DNA of 64,000 nucleotides. Source: Scenedesmus sp. PABB004 (lineage: Eukaryota). The stretch lies in assembly GCA_014905635.1 (NCBI GenBank), contig JABVCE010000014.1:310001-374000 (forward strand), given 5' to 3'. Shown piece by piece: positions 1 to 11,663 of this stretch; the stretch's first letter is position 1; the number at the start of each line of letters is the position of its first letter. The notes beneath the pieces are model-generated. The model worked only from the letters and a program-made list of their open reading frames with translations. It was not told the origin of the DNA and searched no databases. A program made the position numbers and the translations under genes.

Positions 1-2416
1 TCGGGCTCCGCCCCGCGCCGCTGCGGCGGCTGCCGCCGTGCAGGCTGCCGCTGTGCAGGCCGCTCGCGTGCAGGCCGCCGCCGGCGTCGCTGGGCACGGT
101 CGTGAAGGTCACCGCCGCGCCGCGCCCGGCGGCGCCGCCGGCGCTCGACGCGTGGCGGCTCGCGCTCGCGCGCAGGCGGCGGCTGAGCTCGTGGTCGCGC
201 AGGATGGCACTGATGTGGTCCGCCAGCTGGTCGCCGGCGGCGAGGCGCTCCTCGCCGCGGATGGTGTCCTCGTCAATGACCACGCGCACCGCGCCTGCGC
301 ACGCGCGCGCGGCGCCAGCGGCGACGGCGGCGACTGAGCAATTGCTCAGTCTTGCTTGCAAGCGCGGCACACGCGAGTGAGCCGGGGCTCGGCGGCCGCG
401 GCCCACCCACCGTGCTCGTCTGGCGGCGCCGCCGCCGGCGCGCGCAGCTCCGCCGCGCGCGCGCCGCCGGGCGCCGGCTGCGGCGCCTGGGGCTGCTGCG
501 CCAGCGGCTGCTGCGCGCCCGGCCCGCGCGCCGGGGGCAGCGCCTCCAGCATGGCGGTGGCCTCCTCGAGCGTGCGGCGCATTGCCTCGGTGCGCTCGCG
601 CTCCACCCTGCGCGCGGTGGGCAGGCGGCGCGTCGGCGCGCCGTGCTGCCTTCAAACTGCCGCGCCGGGGCCGGCCGGCGCCCGCGGGCGCTGTCGCCGG
701 CGCCCCACCTCAGGTCCCACTCCAGCTGACCCATCTGGTGCCACATGCACCCGGCGCCTGTGAGGCTGACGAGCGGCGCGCAGCACGGCGGCGTGGCGGC
801 GACCGCGCGCGGCTGGCAATCAGCAGCCGCCTGCCCGCACGCGGCGCAGCACTGGCCGCCGGCGGCGCGCTGTGGGGCGCGCGGCGAGGCGCCGCAGCCG
901 CCGCAGCAGTGCACAGGCGGCGAGGGGGGCTGCCGCAGCACCTCCGCCGTGCGCGGCGGGGGACTGGCGGGGGGCCAGCCGGGGCTGGCGCCGCGCGGCG
1001 ACGCCGCGTCGCACGCGCTCGGCGCGGTGTCGAGCGCGCTGAGCGCGGCGGCCAGGGCCGCGCGGACCTCCTCGGTCGTCGTCGTGAGCTCTGGGATCGC
1101 CGTGCTCGCGGCCGCGAGCGCCTGCGTCTGGCGCTCCTGCGCCGCAGCGGCGCCGGCGGGTCGCGGCGTCACCGCTGGCTGCGCCAGCCGCGCGCCGCGC
1201 GCACGCTCCGCGCCGACATCGCACCATGACCTGGCTCGTTGCCAGGCAGATGGCCCACAGGTAGTCGAGGCAGGCCTGGCCGAGCGCGAGAAGCTGGCGG
1301 TAGTGGCGCGGCGTGAGGCTCGCGGGGTGCTCGCCCTGAACGCTGCCAAACGCGACCTGCGGCAGCAGCCCCTCCAGCGCGCCCACGTCGCCGCGCGCGA
1401 CCTGGCGGCGGCGGCGGCGCCGCCGGCGGGCGTGCTCCGCCGCGGGCCGCCGCTCGATCAGGCGCCGCGGCCGGCTCAGCAGCACCGGCGGCCGCCAGCC
1501 GCACCAGCTGCGCGACGTCCACGCCAAACACGAGCCGCCAGCTGATGTCGAGCCGGTGGCGCTGCAGCGAGTGGCGCCGCGCCGCCGCGTCTTCCGCCTG
1601 GCGCGCGGCGGCCGCGGCAGCGCGCGGTGCGCGCGCGCCGGCGGTCAGCTGGCAGGGCACCCCTGTGCGCGACGCCTCCCGCCCCTGCGAAGCGCCCCGC
1701 GCGCCTCGAGGCTGTCCAGCGCGGCATTGTAGTGCCGGTCGGCCTTCTCCAGCGCCTCGCGCGCGGCCGCCACGCCCGCCAGCATGCCCTCTGTCAGCAG
1801 CGCGCCGCGGCCGCGCAGCTGGCCGAGCAGGCGGCCGCCCTGGCCGAGGTAGTCGCCGGCCGCCGCCTTCCAGCTGCGCGCAAGGGCCAGCGGGCAGCGG
1901 GCGGCTCGCCGTGGCAGCGCGGGCGCTGCAGCGGCGCGGCCGCCCCCTGCGTGTGCGCGCGGCGCGCACCTCTCGGCCGCCGCGAGCGCGGTGACGTAGA
2001 CGGCGAACAGCTTCGCGTGGCTCTCCCGCATCTGCCACAGGTGCTCCACCGCCAGCTGCACCAGGCGCAGCAGCTGGACGTAGTCGGCCGCGCTCAGGGG
2101 CGCGGCCTCGCCGTCGACGCCGCCACACTGCAGCGCCGGCACGAGCGCCTCGAGCGCGGCCGTGTCGTTGCGCCGCACCTGTTGCCGGAGCGGCCGGGGG
2201 TCGCACGCAGCAATCAGACCAGCTGGGGCCCGGCGGGCGGGGCGTCCGGCGCGGGCTGCGCCGGGCGGCGCCGCCGCGCGCCGCGCAGCAGCGCCGCACC
2301 AGCTCGTCCGCGTCGACGCCGTGCAGCAGGCGCCAATCAAACGGCGACGTGCGGGGGCTGAATCGGAAGCGCGACAGGTCCAGGGCGGCGTAGATGTCGC
2401 AGCCGGGGGGCTCCAT
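1..2416 (-). CDS. DZIP1/Iguana-like protein with two Dzip-like N-terminal domains (multi-exon; 3' end runs off the window's left edge)
   Basis: ATG at 2416 (MEPPGCDIYAALDLSRFRFSPRTSPFDWRLLHGVDADEL). After splicing it reads VRRNDTAALEALVPAL...YVQLLRLVQLAVEHLWQ, resembling the Dzip-like_N pattern (FxF..DWR.l..vD...D...L...LxQL.vEyL). A second copy reads DISWRLVFGVDVAQL|VARGDVGALEGLLPQVAF...QLLALGQACLDYLW. Further exons at ~346-720 and <295 (VRVVIDEDTIRGEERL...) have no stop before base 1. Confidence 0.65.
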
Positions 2417-2840
2417 TTCGGGAGGTCAAGCGCGAGCGCGCGCTCCGCCGCCGCCGGGCGGCCGCTGCTCCAGCCGCAGACGCGGGGCGCCGATGGAGTT
2501 GTGCGCGGCACCCCCGTCTGCGGCGCTGGGAGGCGAGGCGTGCGGCCGTGCGCGCGGCGGGCGACAGCGCCGCGCAGCGCACGAGAGGTCGGCAGCCGCC
2601 TGCGGCCCAGGCTGCGGCGTCGAGCGCTTGGCTGTGCGGTGAGGCGTGGTGCCCGCCGAGCTGAGCCCTGGCGCGGAACTGGCCGGCCGCTGCACCGCGC
2701 TTTGCAGTCTCGCCCCGCACGTCGCCGCACACCCGCGCACCCCGCCGGCGCCGCCCCGGCACCGCCGGCCCTCAGAGGGAGGGGGAGCCCCCGCGCCCCG
2801 CACCCAACTGCCCCGCGACCGCGCGCACGCGGCGGGCGGC

Positions 2841-4603
2841 TCACTGCCGCGCGGCGGCGGCGCGCTTTGCCACAAACTCGACGCCCTTCTGGATGGACCC
2901 GCCAAGCTCGGGCAGCATGGTGTCGTAGTTGCGCTGCTCCAGCTCGTTCATCGCCCCCAGCGGCAGGAACTCCTCGACGCCGCTGCGGCCCAGCCGCACG
3001 GGGCTGCGCGGCGAGGGGCGGCGGCGGCGCGGCGAGGGGCGTCGGCGCGCGGGCGCCGGCGAGCGGGGCGGCGGCACACGGCCGGCGTGCGGGCTGCGCG
3101 CGGCGCGGCGGCGCGGCGGCGCGCAGCGCGCCTGGCGAAGAACGGCAGCGACGTGAGCGCGCTCGCGACGTAGGTGCACTCCACGACTCCGCTCTCGCCC
3201 GCCATCGCGCGCAGGCACGACTCGGCGAACCGCGCCGCCGCCCAGGCCATGCTGAGCGTCGCGCTGCCCGCGCCGGCCTTGGCGTTGACCACCTCCGTGC
3301 CGGCGTCCTGGATCCGCGCCATGAGCGCCGCGGCGCGCTGCGCGTCCAGCGACAGCGCCGGCTTGGCCTGCGGCGCGCGGCGAGGCCGGGCGGCCGCGGG
3401 TCGGGCGCGGCGGCCGGGCGGCCGCCGCTGCCGGCCGCGCACGCCGGCCGTTGCATTAGCCGCCGCCGCGGCCGTCGCCCCGGCCCCCACGCGCCTGCGA
3501 CAGCAGCGGCAGGATCGTGGCGCCCGCGTGGCCGCCGACGACGGGCACCGTCACGTCCTTGGGGTCGGCGCCCAGCAGCTCCGCGACAAACGCCTCCGCG
3601 CGCACCACGTCCAGCGTCGTCACGCCAAAGAGGCGCGCAGGGTTGTACGTGCCTGGTCGCGGGCGCGGCGGCGGGCGGAGGCGCGCGCTGGGCGGGGGCC
3701 GCCCGCGCGCGTCCGCCGCCCGCGTCCCGCGTCCCGCGCCGGCGGGTTTGCAGGACGCGCGCACGCACGCACCCGCGCGCTTGAACACCTCGGCCGCGAT
3801 CGGCACCGTGGAGTTGACCGGGTTGGAGATGATCGCGACCCACGCGTCGGGGCAGGCCGCCGCGATCGCCTCGCAGAGCGTGGCCACGATGCCGGCGTTG
3901 ATGTTGAAGAGGTCGTCCCGCGTCATGCCGGGCTTGCGCGGCACGCCTGGGAGGGAGGGTCCGCGGGGCGGGGGCGCGCGGGCGAGTGGCGGAGGGACTG
4001 AGGGGGGAAGGGGTGAGGGAGAGACGAGGCGGGATGGGGTGGGGAGCGAGGCCGGCGCGGGCGCGGCCCAGCCGCGCAGCTCGGCGCAGCCGCACGCCGG
4101 CTGGCCGCTGGCGGCGCCCGGGCTGCGGCACCCGGGCTGCGGCGGCGTCACGCGGCGGCGCGCGGCGCGCGGCGGCGGCGCACCCGCGGGGATGACAACG
4201 AGCTGGCAGCCGCGCAGCGCGTCGAGCAGCTGCGCCTGGCCCGTGTAGCCGCGCACGCGCGGCGCGGTGCTGATGTGGCTGAGGTCGGCCGCCACGCCCG
4301 CGGTGTTGGCGACGTCATAGAGGCTCAGCTCGCCGATGAGGGGGCTGCCCTTGAGCAGCAGCGCGAGCGGCTGCCCGATGCCGCCCGCCGCGCCCAGGAC
4401 CGCGACCTTGGCCTGCGGGGACGCGGCCAGGCCCCCAGGCGGAGAGCAGCGGCGTCGGGCGCCGGCCCCGGGGCGGCCGGCGGCGCCGGCGGGGCGGCGC
4501 ATGCCGCAGCAGCGGCGGCCGCGCCCCGGCCGCGCCCGCGCGCGCGCGCCTTGGCGCCGCCACCCGGCAGAAAGTGCGCGGCCAGGCGCTTCACACGCTC
4601 CAT
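2841..4603 (-). CDS. MDH: NAD-dependent malate dehydrogenase, peroxisomal/glyoxysomal type (6 exons)
   Basis: Motifs [100 protein letters not shown]. The N-terminus [11 protein letters not shown] contains a PTS2 nonapeptide (RV-x5-HF). Stop at 2841. Confidence 0.95.
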
Positions 4604-5272
4604 GGCGGGACGCTCCGCGGCGCGGGGATCGGCCGCGACGGCGTGCCGTGTGCGTGCGGGCGGGCTGCTCGCGCTGGGGGGGCGACGGGGGGCGCGGGAC
4701 GGCGTGCTGTCGAGGCGCTGGTATGGCGGGGCGACGTGTGCGCGGGCGCTGGGGTGCGGCGGCGCCGTTGGCGGCGGCTGCGGTTTGCCGACTGTGCCGG
4801 CGCGTCCGGACGTCTGTTGGAGCGGCAAGGTCTTTTGCATCCCTAGCTGCTCGCACCAGGTCCCGGCTCCCCAGAAATGCCAGGAGCCGGCTCTCAGGGC
4901 TCAGCTGCTGGCGGAGGTGCTTGTGCGGCCAGCGCGCCGGCTCGGGCGGCGGCCGCGCGCGGCGCAAGTCGCCGCGCCACGCCGTGGGTTCGACGCGGCG
5001 GCCATCCCAGCTGATGAGAGAGGCAGCTCGGCGCAGCGCAGTTGTGGGGGCCGTGCCGGCGGGCGGAACCGCACGCGGCGGTTGAGCCATTCTGGGCCCT
5101 GCCGCCCCCCTGCGGGCCCCCGCCACTCGCCGCGGCCCCCAAAACGACGCACTCCTCGCCCTCCGCCCGCACGACCCCGGGCGCGCCCGCCCGACAGCCC
5201 CCACCGCCGCGGCAGCGCCGCCGCGCAGCGCATCCCACTCCCGCCGCGCAGCGCATCCCACACGCGGCAGCG

Positions 5273-6711
5273 ATGCGTCCCCCCGCGTCCACAGCGGCGG
5301 TGCTGCTGCTGGCGACGACGTCGCTCCTCCTGGCCGCCGGCGGCGCCGCGGGCGCGGACCTGTGCCTGCTCAAGCTGAGCGTGAGCGCGCAGCAGAGCCC
5401 CTGGGCGGGCGGCGGCAGCATGACCGTCCCCACCGAGGCCTTCATCACGAGCAGCAAGATCAACGCCACCGGCAACGTCTACCTCGCGGTCCCCACCAAC
5501 GCGAGCTGCCCGCCGGAGCTCACGGCGGCCAACGCCGCGTCCGTGCTCGAGCGGTCGGCGCTCGCGCTGCCGGTCGGCGACGACGGCGTCGCGTTCAAGC
5601 CGTCCGACATTCGCTCCAACATCACCGCCGACCCCACCGACAAGACGGCGCCACCCCTCGCTGTTTTTGACTTTTACGATCTCGGCTTTGGCCTCACGGG
5701 TGCGCGCCGGGTTGGGGTCTTGCGCGCGGCGCGGCGCGGCCAGCTGGCGGCAACCCGCGGCGTGGCGGCGGTTTATGCGCGCCGCGCGCGCACCTGCGGC
5801 CCCGCCGCCGACCCCGCCGCCGCACGCCGCGCCGCGCCGCGCAGGCAACGAGCCGCTCGGCCCCGGCGCGGTGACCGTCGGCGCCGGCACGGCCGCCGAG
5901 GCGCGGGCCGCGGCGCAGCCGCTGTGCGCGCAGGTCGTGCTGCTCGGCGGCGCACTCAACCTCACGAGCGTGCTGGGCCCGCGCACGGCGGACGTGAAGC
6001 ACGTGGCGTACAACCGGACCATGGCCGCCGGCATCAGCGTCAAGAAGGCGCGCCGCCCGCCGCCGGCGCCAGCCGCCCCGCGCGCCCGGCAGCCCCCGCC
6101 CGCTCCGCCGGCCCTGGCCGCCGCCGCCGTCGCCGCGCCGCCGCTGCCGCCGCGGCTGCGCCGCCGCCGCGCCGCGCCCAGCCGCGCCCCGTGCCGCCCC
6201 GTCCCGCCCGCGCCGCGCCGCGCGCCACGCTGCGCAGAGCGGCGCCGAGCTCGGCGGTCTCACGCTCGTCGTGGTGAACGCGACCATATTCCTCAACGTC
6301 TCCCCCGAGACCGTCCCCGGCGTGCAGATGAGCCGCGCCAAGTACCTGCTCTCCGGCGACCTCGTCGCGACCGCCGACCTCTCCGACATTGACTCCTGGG
6401 AGGCGGTGCCCGCGGCCGAGGCCGACTGGGCGGCCGTGCCGCGCCTCGACGCGCCGGTCGTGATCGCGCCGGACGAGCCCGGGCCGCGCGCCAAGGCGCG
6501 CGTGCTCGGCGTGAACTCCACGCTGCCGCAGGAGTGCCGGCCGAGCCGCGTCGTCGGCGCGGGCGGCGCGCTCGCGGACACGCCGTCCGACGCGCCCGCG
6601 GGCCAGACCGGCGCGGCCAAGTCGGGTGCCGCGGGCGGGCGCGGCGCCGCGGCGGCGGGCGCCGCGCTCGCCGCCGCGGCCGCGGCGGTCGCCGCGCTGC
6701 TAGCGCTGTGA
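5273..6711 (+). CDS. Secreted/cell-surface protein of unknown function (signal peptide, hydrophobic C-terminus, possible GPI anchor; 3 exons)
   Basis: Signal peptide [28 protein letters not shown]. Coding-like exons at ~5273-5700, ~5845-6047 and ~6238-6711, with N-glycosylation sequons (NAT, NAS, NIT, NLT, NVS, NST). Ends [30 protein letters not shown]. Confidence 0.75.
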
Positions 6712-7148
6712 GCGGGTGCGGTCGAGGCGGGGAACGGGACGCGCGCGCCGCCCCGGGATCGGGCCGTCGCGCGCCGGTCGGCTCATGAGCTGTTCGGCCG
6801 GTGCGCGTTCGTGTGTGTGTCCTGTGTTGGCGTGTGCTGTCGCGTTGGCGTGCATCCATCAAATTCGTGTTGTTGGTGGTGGGCTGGGGCGGCTCTGCTG
6901 AACGCGCGGGCTGCTGCGCCGGGGCGGTCTCGCCGCGGGCGGCTTGTGTCAAACACTGAGCCGCGCGCGCCCCTGCGCCGCCTGATGCCGCCGCCAGCCC
7001 CCGGGCAGCCGCCGCACCCGCAACTCCCCGCCACCAGCTCCAGCGCGGGGCGCAGTGGAGGGGGGCGCCGCGCCTCGCCGCCGCTGCGTCCGTCCTCTAG
7101 CCGCCTGCGCCGAGAGCGGTCCGCCGCGGCGCGTGCTGTCGAAGCGCC

Positions 7149-10100
7149 ATGGAGCGTGGTATCGCCATCCGAGTGCGTGCGAGGCCGCCTGGACGGGCGC
7201 GGGACTGTCGCCGGCCGGCGCCGCCAACCGCCGCGTCCCGCTGCTGGCGGCCCCTGCGCGCACGCGGGGCCGCGAGCAGGCCGGCTCGCGGCTGCTTTCG
7301 ACGCTCAGCTATCTGAATCACCGCACACGCCGCCCCGCAGGCGGCCCTGGTGGCCGTGGGCGCGCTGCACGCGGCGGCGTTTGTCGCGCTGCTGCTGCAA
7401 CTGCCGGCGCTCTTCGGCCCGCGCGGGCTGCAGCCCGTGTCGGCCTACCTGAGAATGGCCGCGGAGATGCTGCCGGGGGACGGCGCACCGGGGTGCGCGC
7501 AGCACCGGCGCCCGCACCGCAGCGTGTGGGTGCAGCGCGGGGGCGCCGCACAGCAGCGCCCAGCCAGCGCGCGCTCACCCGGCGCGGCGCCGCAGGCGCG
7601 CGTGGGCGCTGCTGCGCTCCCACCCCACGCTGCTGTGGCTGCACCCCGCGCTGGGGCTGAGCGCGGAGGGCATGCTCGCCGGCCTCTGCGTGGCGGGCGC
7701 TGCCGCCGGCGCCGCCGTCGCGGCGGGCTGCCTGAGCCCGCTGCTCTTTGCCACGCTCTGGGCGGCGCTGCTGAGCGCCGTGGGCGTCGGCCAGGCGTTC
7801 CTGCCGCAGCCGGGGTGAGCGCGCGGCGGCGCTCGCGGCGCCGGCGCCCGCCGCTCGCGCGGCGCGCCGCCCCGCGCCTCACGCGCGCCGCCGCCCTCGT
7901 CGCAGGGACGCGCTGCTGCTCGAAGTGACGTTTGCCTGCATCTGGGTGGCGCTGGGGCTGCGCGGCAGCGACAGTGAGGCGGCGCCGGAGCAGGCGGCGC
8001 ACCCGGCGGCGCACCCGGCCGCGCTGCTGCTGCGCTGGCTGCTGTTCAAGCTGCTGCTGGCCTCCAGCAGCGCCAAGGCGGCGGTCGCGTGCGGGGGCGC
8101 CCAGAGCCTGGCGGAGTGCTCCGCCGTCCTCGCCGCGCAGGGCCAGCCGCACATGTTCACGTCGTGAGTGCGGCGACGCGCCTGCAGCGGCCGCCCCCGC
8201 TGCCGGCGCGCGCGCGTGCGCGCGCCTACGCTGCCGCCACGCCCCCGCTGCCTGCAGGCTGGCGCAGGCACTCGCGCCGTACCTGGGCCCACCAGCGGCG
8301 GCGCTGGCCCTGCTGGAGCTGCCCGCCGCGTTTTTGCTGCTGGCGCCGCTGCCGGCGCTGCAGCCGCCGCTCGCCGCGGGCCTGCTGGCGCTGCAGCTGC
8401 TGCGCGCAGCGCTGGGCGCGGGCTCGCTGTGGCACCTGGCGGCCGCGGTGCTGTGCGTGGCGGTGCTCGACGACGGCACTGTCGCACGCTGGCTGCCCGG
8501 CGCTGCGGGGGCGGCCGCCGGCGACGGCGCAGCGCCTGGCGCCGGCAGCGCCGAGCTGCTGAGCTTCAAGGCCGGCGGCCTGCACAAGCGCAGCGCCTCG
8601 ATGGACAGCCTCGCGAGCCTGCTGTCAGGTGGGCGGCGGCGGGCCGGCGCGGCGTGCCGGGGTAGCTGCGGCGGCGGGGCGCGCGAGTGCGAGCATGACG
8701 TGTGCTGCGCGCGGCGAGCTGCGGCCGTGCGCTCGCCCTCTCTCTCGCAGAGCCGGAGCAGGCGGTCTCGGGCCCCGGCCAGCAGCAGCGCGCCGGGCTG
8801 CTGGGCAGCGCGGGCGTGCGCGCAGCGGGCGCGGTCGCTGCTGCGGTGGCGGGCGTCGCGCTCGGCTACAGCCCAGCTGCCTGGCTCAGCCTGGCGCCGC
8901 TGCTGCGCGTGGCGGCGCCGTGCGCGGCCGCGTGGTGGCTCGTGCGGCTGGCCCTGGCCGCGAAGCAGCACGTGCAGGCGGCGCTGGTCGCCTCGGCGGC
9001 GGCGGTGGCCAAGCTTGCGGAGCAGGCGGCCGCGGCCCGGAGAGCGGCGCAGGCAGCGGCCGCGGGGGCAGGCGCGGCACGCGGCACGCCCGCCAACGGC
9101 GTGGCGCACCCGTCGCCGTCGCCGGCCAAGCCACCCGCGTCGGCCGCGGCGGACACGCCTGCGGCGGAGGCCGCTGCCGAGGCAGCGGAGGGCGGCGACG
9201 CGGGCAAGGCGAGCGCCAGCAGGCGCCGGACGGCGGCCAAGGCGGCCAGCAGCGGCCCCGCCACGCCCCGCCGCGGCAGGGGCAAGGCGGCTGCCGCCGC
9301 GGACGGCGCGGACGACGCCGGCGACCACGCCGAGCCGGCGGCGGGCGCGGCCGGCAAGGCCAAGCGCGCGCCGGCGCGCGGCAGGCGCACCTCGTCCGCG
9401 GCCGCGGAGCCAGCAGCGGTGGACGGCGCGATTGCCGGGGGAGACGGGGCGACGCCGCCGCGCGCAACTGCGGCGGCCGCGCGCGCGGCGGCGCCGCAGA
9501 CGCCGCCCACGCCCACGCCCGGTGTGCCGGCGGCGGGGGCGGCGGCGCCCGCGGGCCCCGGCCTGGTGGCCCTGCTGCGGCCGCGGCTGCAGGTGCTGGC
9601 GGCGCTGCTCGCGGCGGCCGCAGTGCTAGGCGTGTTTGCCGCCGGCCTGCCGGCGGTGCTCGTGCCGGCCGGCTACTCGCAGGCGACGCTGGGGTGCGCC
9701 CGCGCCGCGGCGCGCCGCGGGGAGGGCACGCCGCGCCTCGCCGCGCCTCGCCGCGCCTCACGCCGCCGCCGCGGCCGCTGCCGCGCGGCGCAGGTCGGTG
9801 CCCGGCCTGCTGCCGGCCTACCGTGCGGCGCGCAACCTCGGCGCCGTGTCGGGCGCCGCCGGCGTGCACGGCGCCTGGCAGGCCGCCGCGGTGGCGGCCG
9901 CGTCGGGGCAGGCGGGCAGCCACCTGGTGTTTGAGCTCGCCACGAGCGCCGACGGCGCCGCGTGGAGCCCGGTGCGCTTCCGGTCCGGCCTCAGCGGCGG
10001 CGCCGCGGCGGGGCCGCTCGCGCTCGCGCGCGGGCTGCACGAGCCGCGCCTGGCGGGCCGGCTCGCCGCCGCGGGCGCGGGGCGGCTCAGCGACAACATG

Positions 10101-10713
10101 TGGCTGCTGCCGCTCGCCAACATGGTGCTCGAGGTGCGGCGGGCTCTCGACGCGCCCTCGTTCCGGCCTGTGCCCGGCGCCCGGCGCCCGGCGGCCAGGC
10201 CCGCGCCCGCTCCCGGCGCCGCCGCCCGTGCTCGGCCCGAGCTGCGCTCGGCGCCGCGCCGCGCCCGCAGGGCGCGCCGGAGCTGGGCCCGCTGCTCGCC
10301 GACGCGCCGGCGCCGCGGGGCTGGGTGCGCGTCGACCTCGTGCGCTACACCCCCGCGCCGGGCGCGCCGGGCGGCTGGGACGTGGCACACGTGTCCGAGG
10401 TGCTCCCAGTCATCCCCCGCGGCGACCCGGACCTCAAAGACACGCTCGCCGCGCTCGGGGCCCGCGGCGGCGCCGGCGGCGGCGGGTGCGCGCGCGCGCG
10501 CGCGCAGGGGGCCAGCGCGCGCCGTGGCGCGCTGCGCGCTGCGCGGCGCGGCCCGGCCGCCTGCGGGGCGGCCAGCCGAAGCCGCCGACCCGCCGCCGCC
10601 GCAGGTGGGGCGCCTGGGACGTGGTCGCGGCACTGCCGCACGCGCCGACCATCGCGGCGGTGCTGCTGGCGGGCGGCCTGCTGCTGCGCCGCGCCGCTGG
10701 CGGCGGCGCGTAG
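7149..10713 (+). CDS. Lipase maturation factor (LMF1/LMF2)-like multi-pass membrane protein, divergent
   Basis: Spliced product contains AFVALLLQLPALFGPRGLQPV, HPTLLWL, VGVGQAFL, DALLLEVTF, LLLRWLLFKLLL, LLELPAAFLLLAP and LHEPRLAGRL, resembling LMF motifs (QxxGLxGxxGlLP, GQxFL.F.WDxLLLE, RWLLFRLM, PRLDWQ). Start inferred from MERGIAIR|AALVAVG. Stop TAG at 10713. Confidence 0.75.
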
Positions 10714-10827
10714 CGGGCAGCGCCGGCGGACCAGCACTGTGGCGGGCTGCGGGGAGGGGGGACGGAGCCCGCGCGCTTGCGAGCGCGGGGCGCGGGGGGC
10801 GGACGCGGGCGAGGGGCCGCGAGCCGG

Positions 10828-11363
10828 TCACCGCGCGGCGCGCCGGCGGCCTGCAAACGTGCCGAAGCGGCTGCCGCCGCCGCCCAACACCCAGCGCGGC
10901 GCGAACGTCGCGAGCGCAAACTGCTCGCGGCTGTACGCAATCGCCGCGTTCGTGACGCCAAGCGGCGCGCCGGCGTCGACGGCCACCCCGATCGCGTGCC
11001 CTGAGTTTTCAGCTGCCGCTCGTGTGGCCCACGCGCGCTCCTCGGCGAACGAGTACGCGCCGCGGCCCCACTGCGCGAGCCGCCGCGCGGCGCCCGGGTG
11101 CCCTGCGGCGCACCGCGGCCGGGCGCGCGGTCAGCCGCTGAGCGTGCGCGCCTGCCGGACCTGCTCGCTGCGCGCATGCACGCGCAGCGGCCAGCGCAGC
11201 ATGCCTCTGGCTGAACGCGCCCATCGCGCGGGCCTGCCTTGCGCCGCACGCGCCCCACGCGCCGCCGCTGCTGCCGGCGCTCACCCAGCAGCTCCGACCG
11301 CGCGCAGGCGGGGCCCGCAAGCGCTGCCAGCAACAGCACCACCAGTGCTATCACGTTGCGCAT
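10828..11363 (-). CDS. Small secreted protein / putative prepropeptide (~117 aa, 2 exons: 11363-11285, 11102-10828)
   Basis: MRNVIALVVLLLAALAGPACARSELLG|HPGAARRLAQWGRGAYSFAEERAWAT...RFGTFAGRRRAAR*. Clear signal peptide. The GT-AG intron has a GCTGAC branch-like site and keeps the frame. Confidence 0.6.
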
Positions 11364-11663
11364 CGCGGCACGACCAGCGGCGGTGGGCGTCGGCCGCGTC
11401 GGCGGCGGCGGGGAACGCGGCCGGCCGTGTGCTCAAGAGCGCGCTGGCCGGGCTGGCAGGCGTCGTGGCCAGCCCTGGCGATGTGTCGGAGCACAACTGT
11501 GCGCCGTGCGGCGCGCCACGGTGGCGGTTGTCATTGCAGTGAGGGTTCGGCGGCGGCCCGTGTCGCAGGGCCGCGGCCCCAGGCGGCTTGCCCAGCGCTT
11601 GATCGCCCAGGCCAGCCCAGCGCAGCAGCAGCACCCGCCGGCAACGGTGCAACGCCAGCAACG

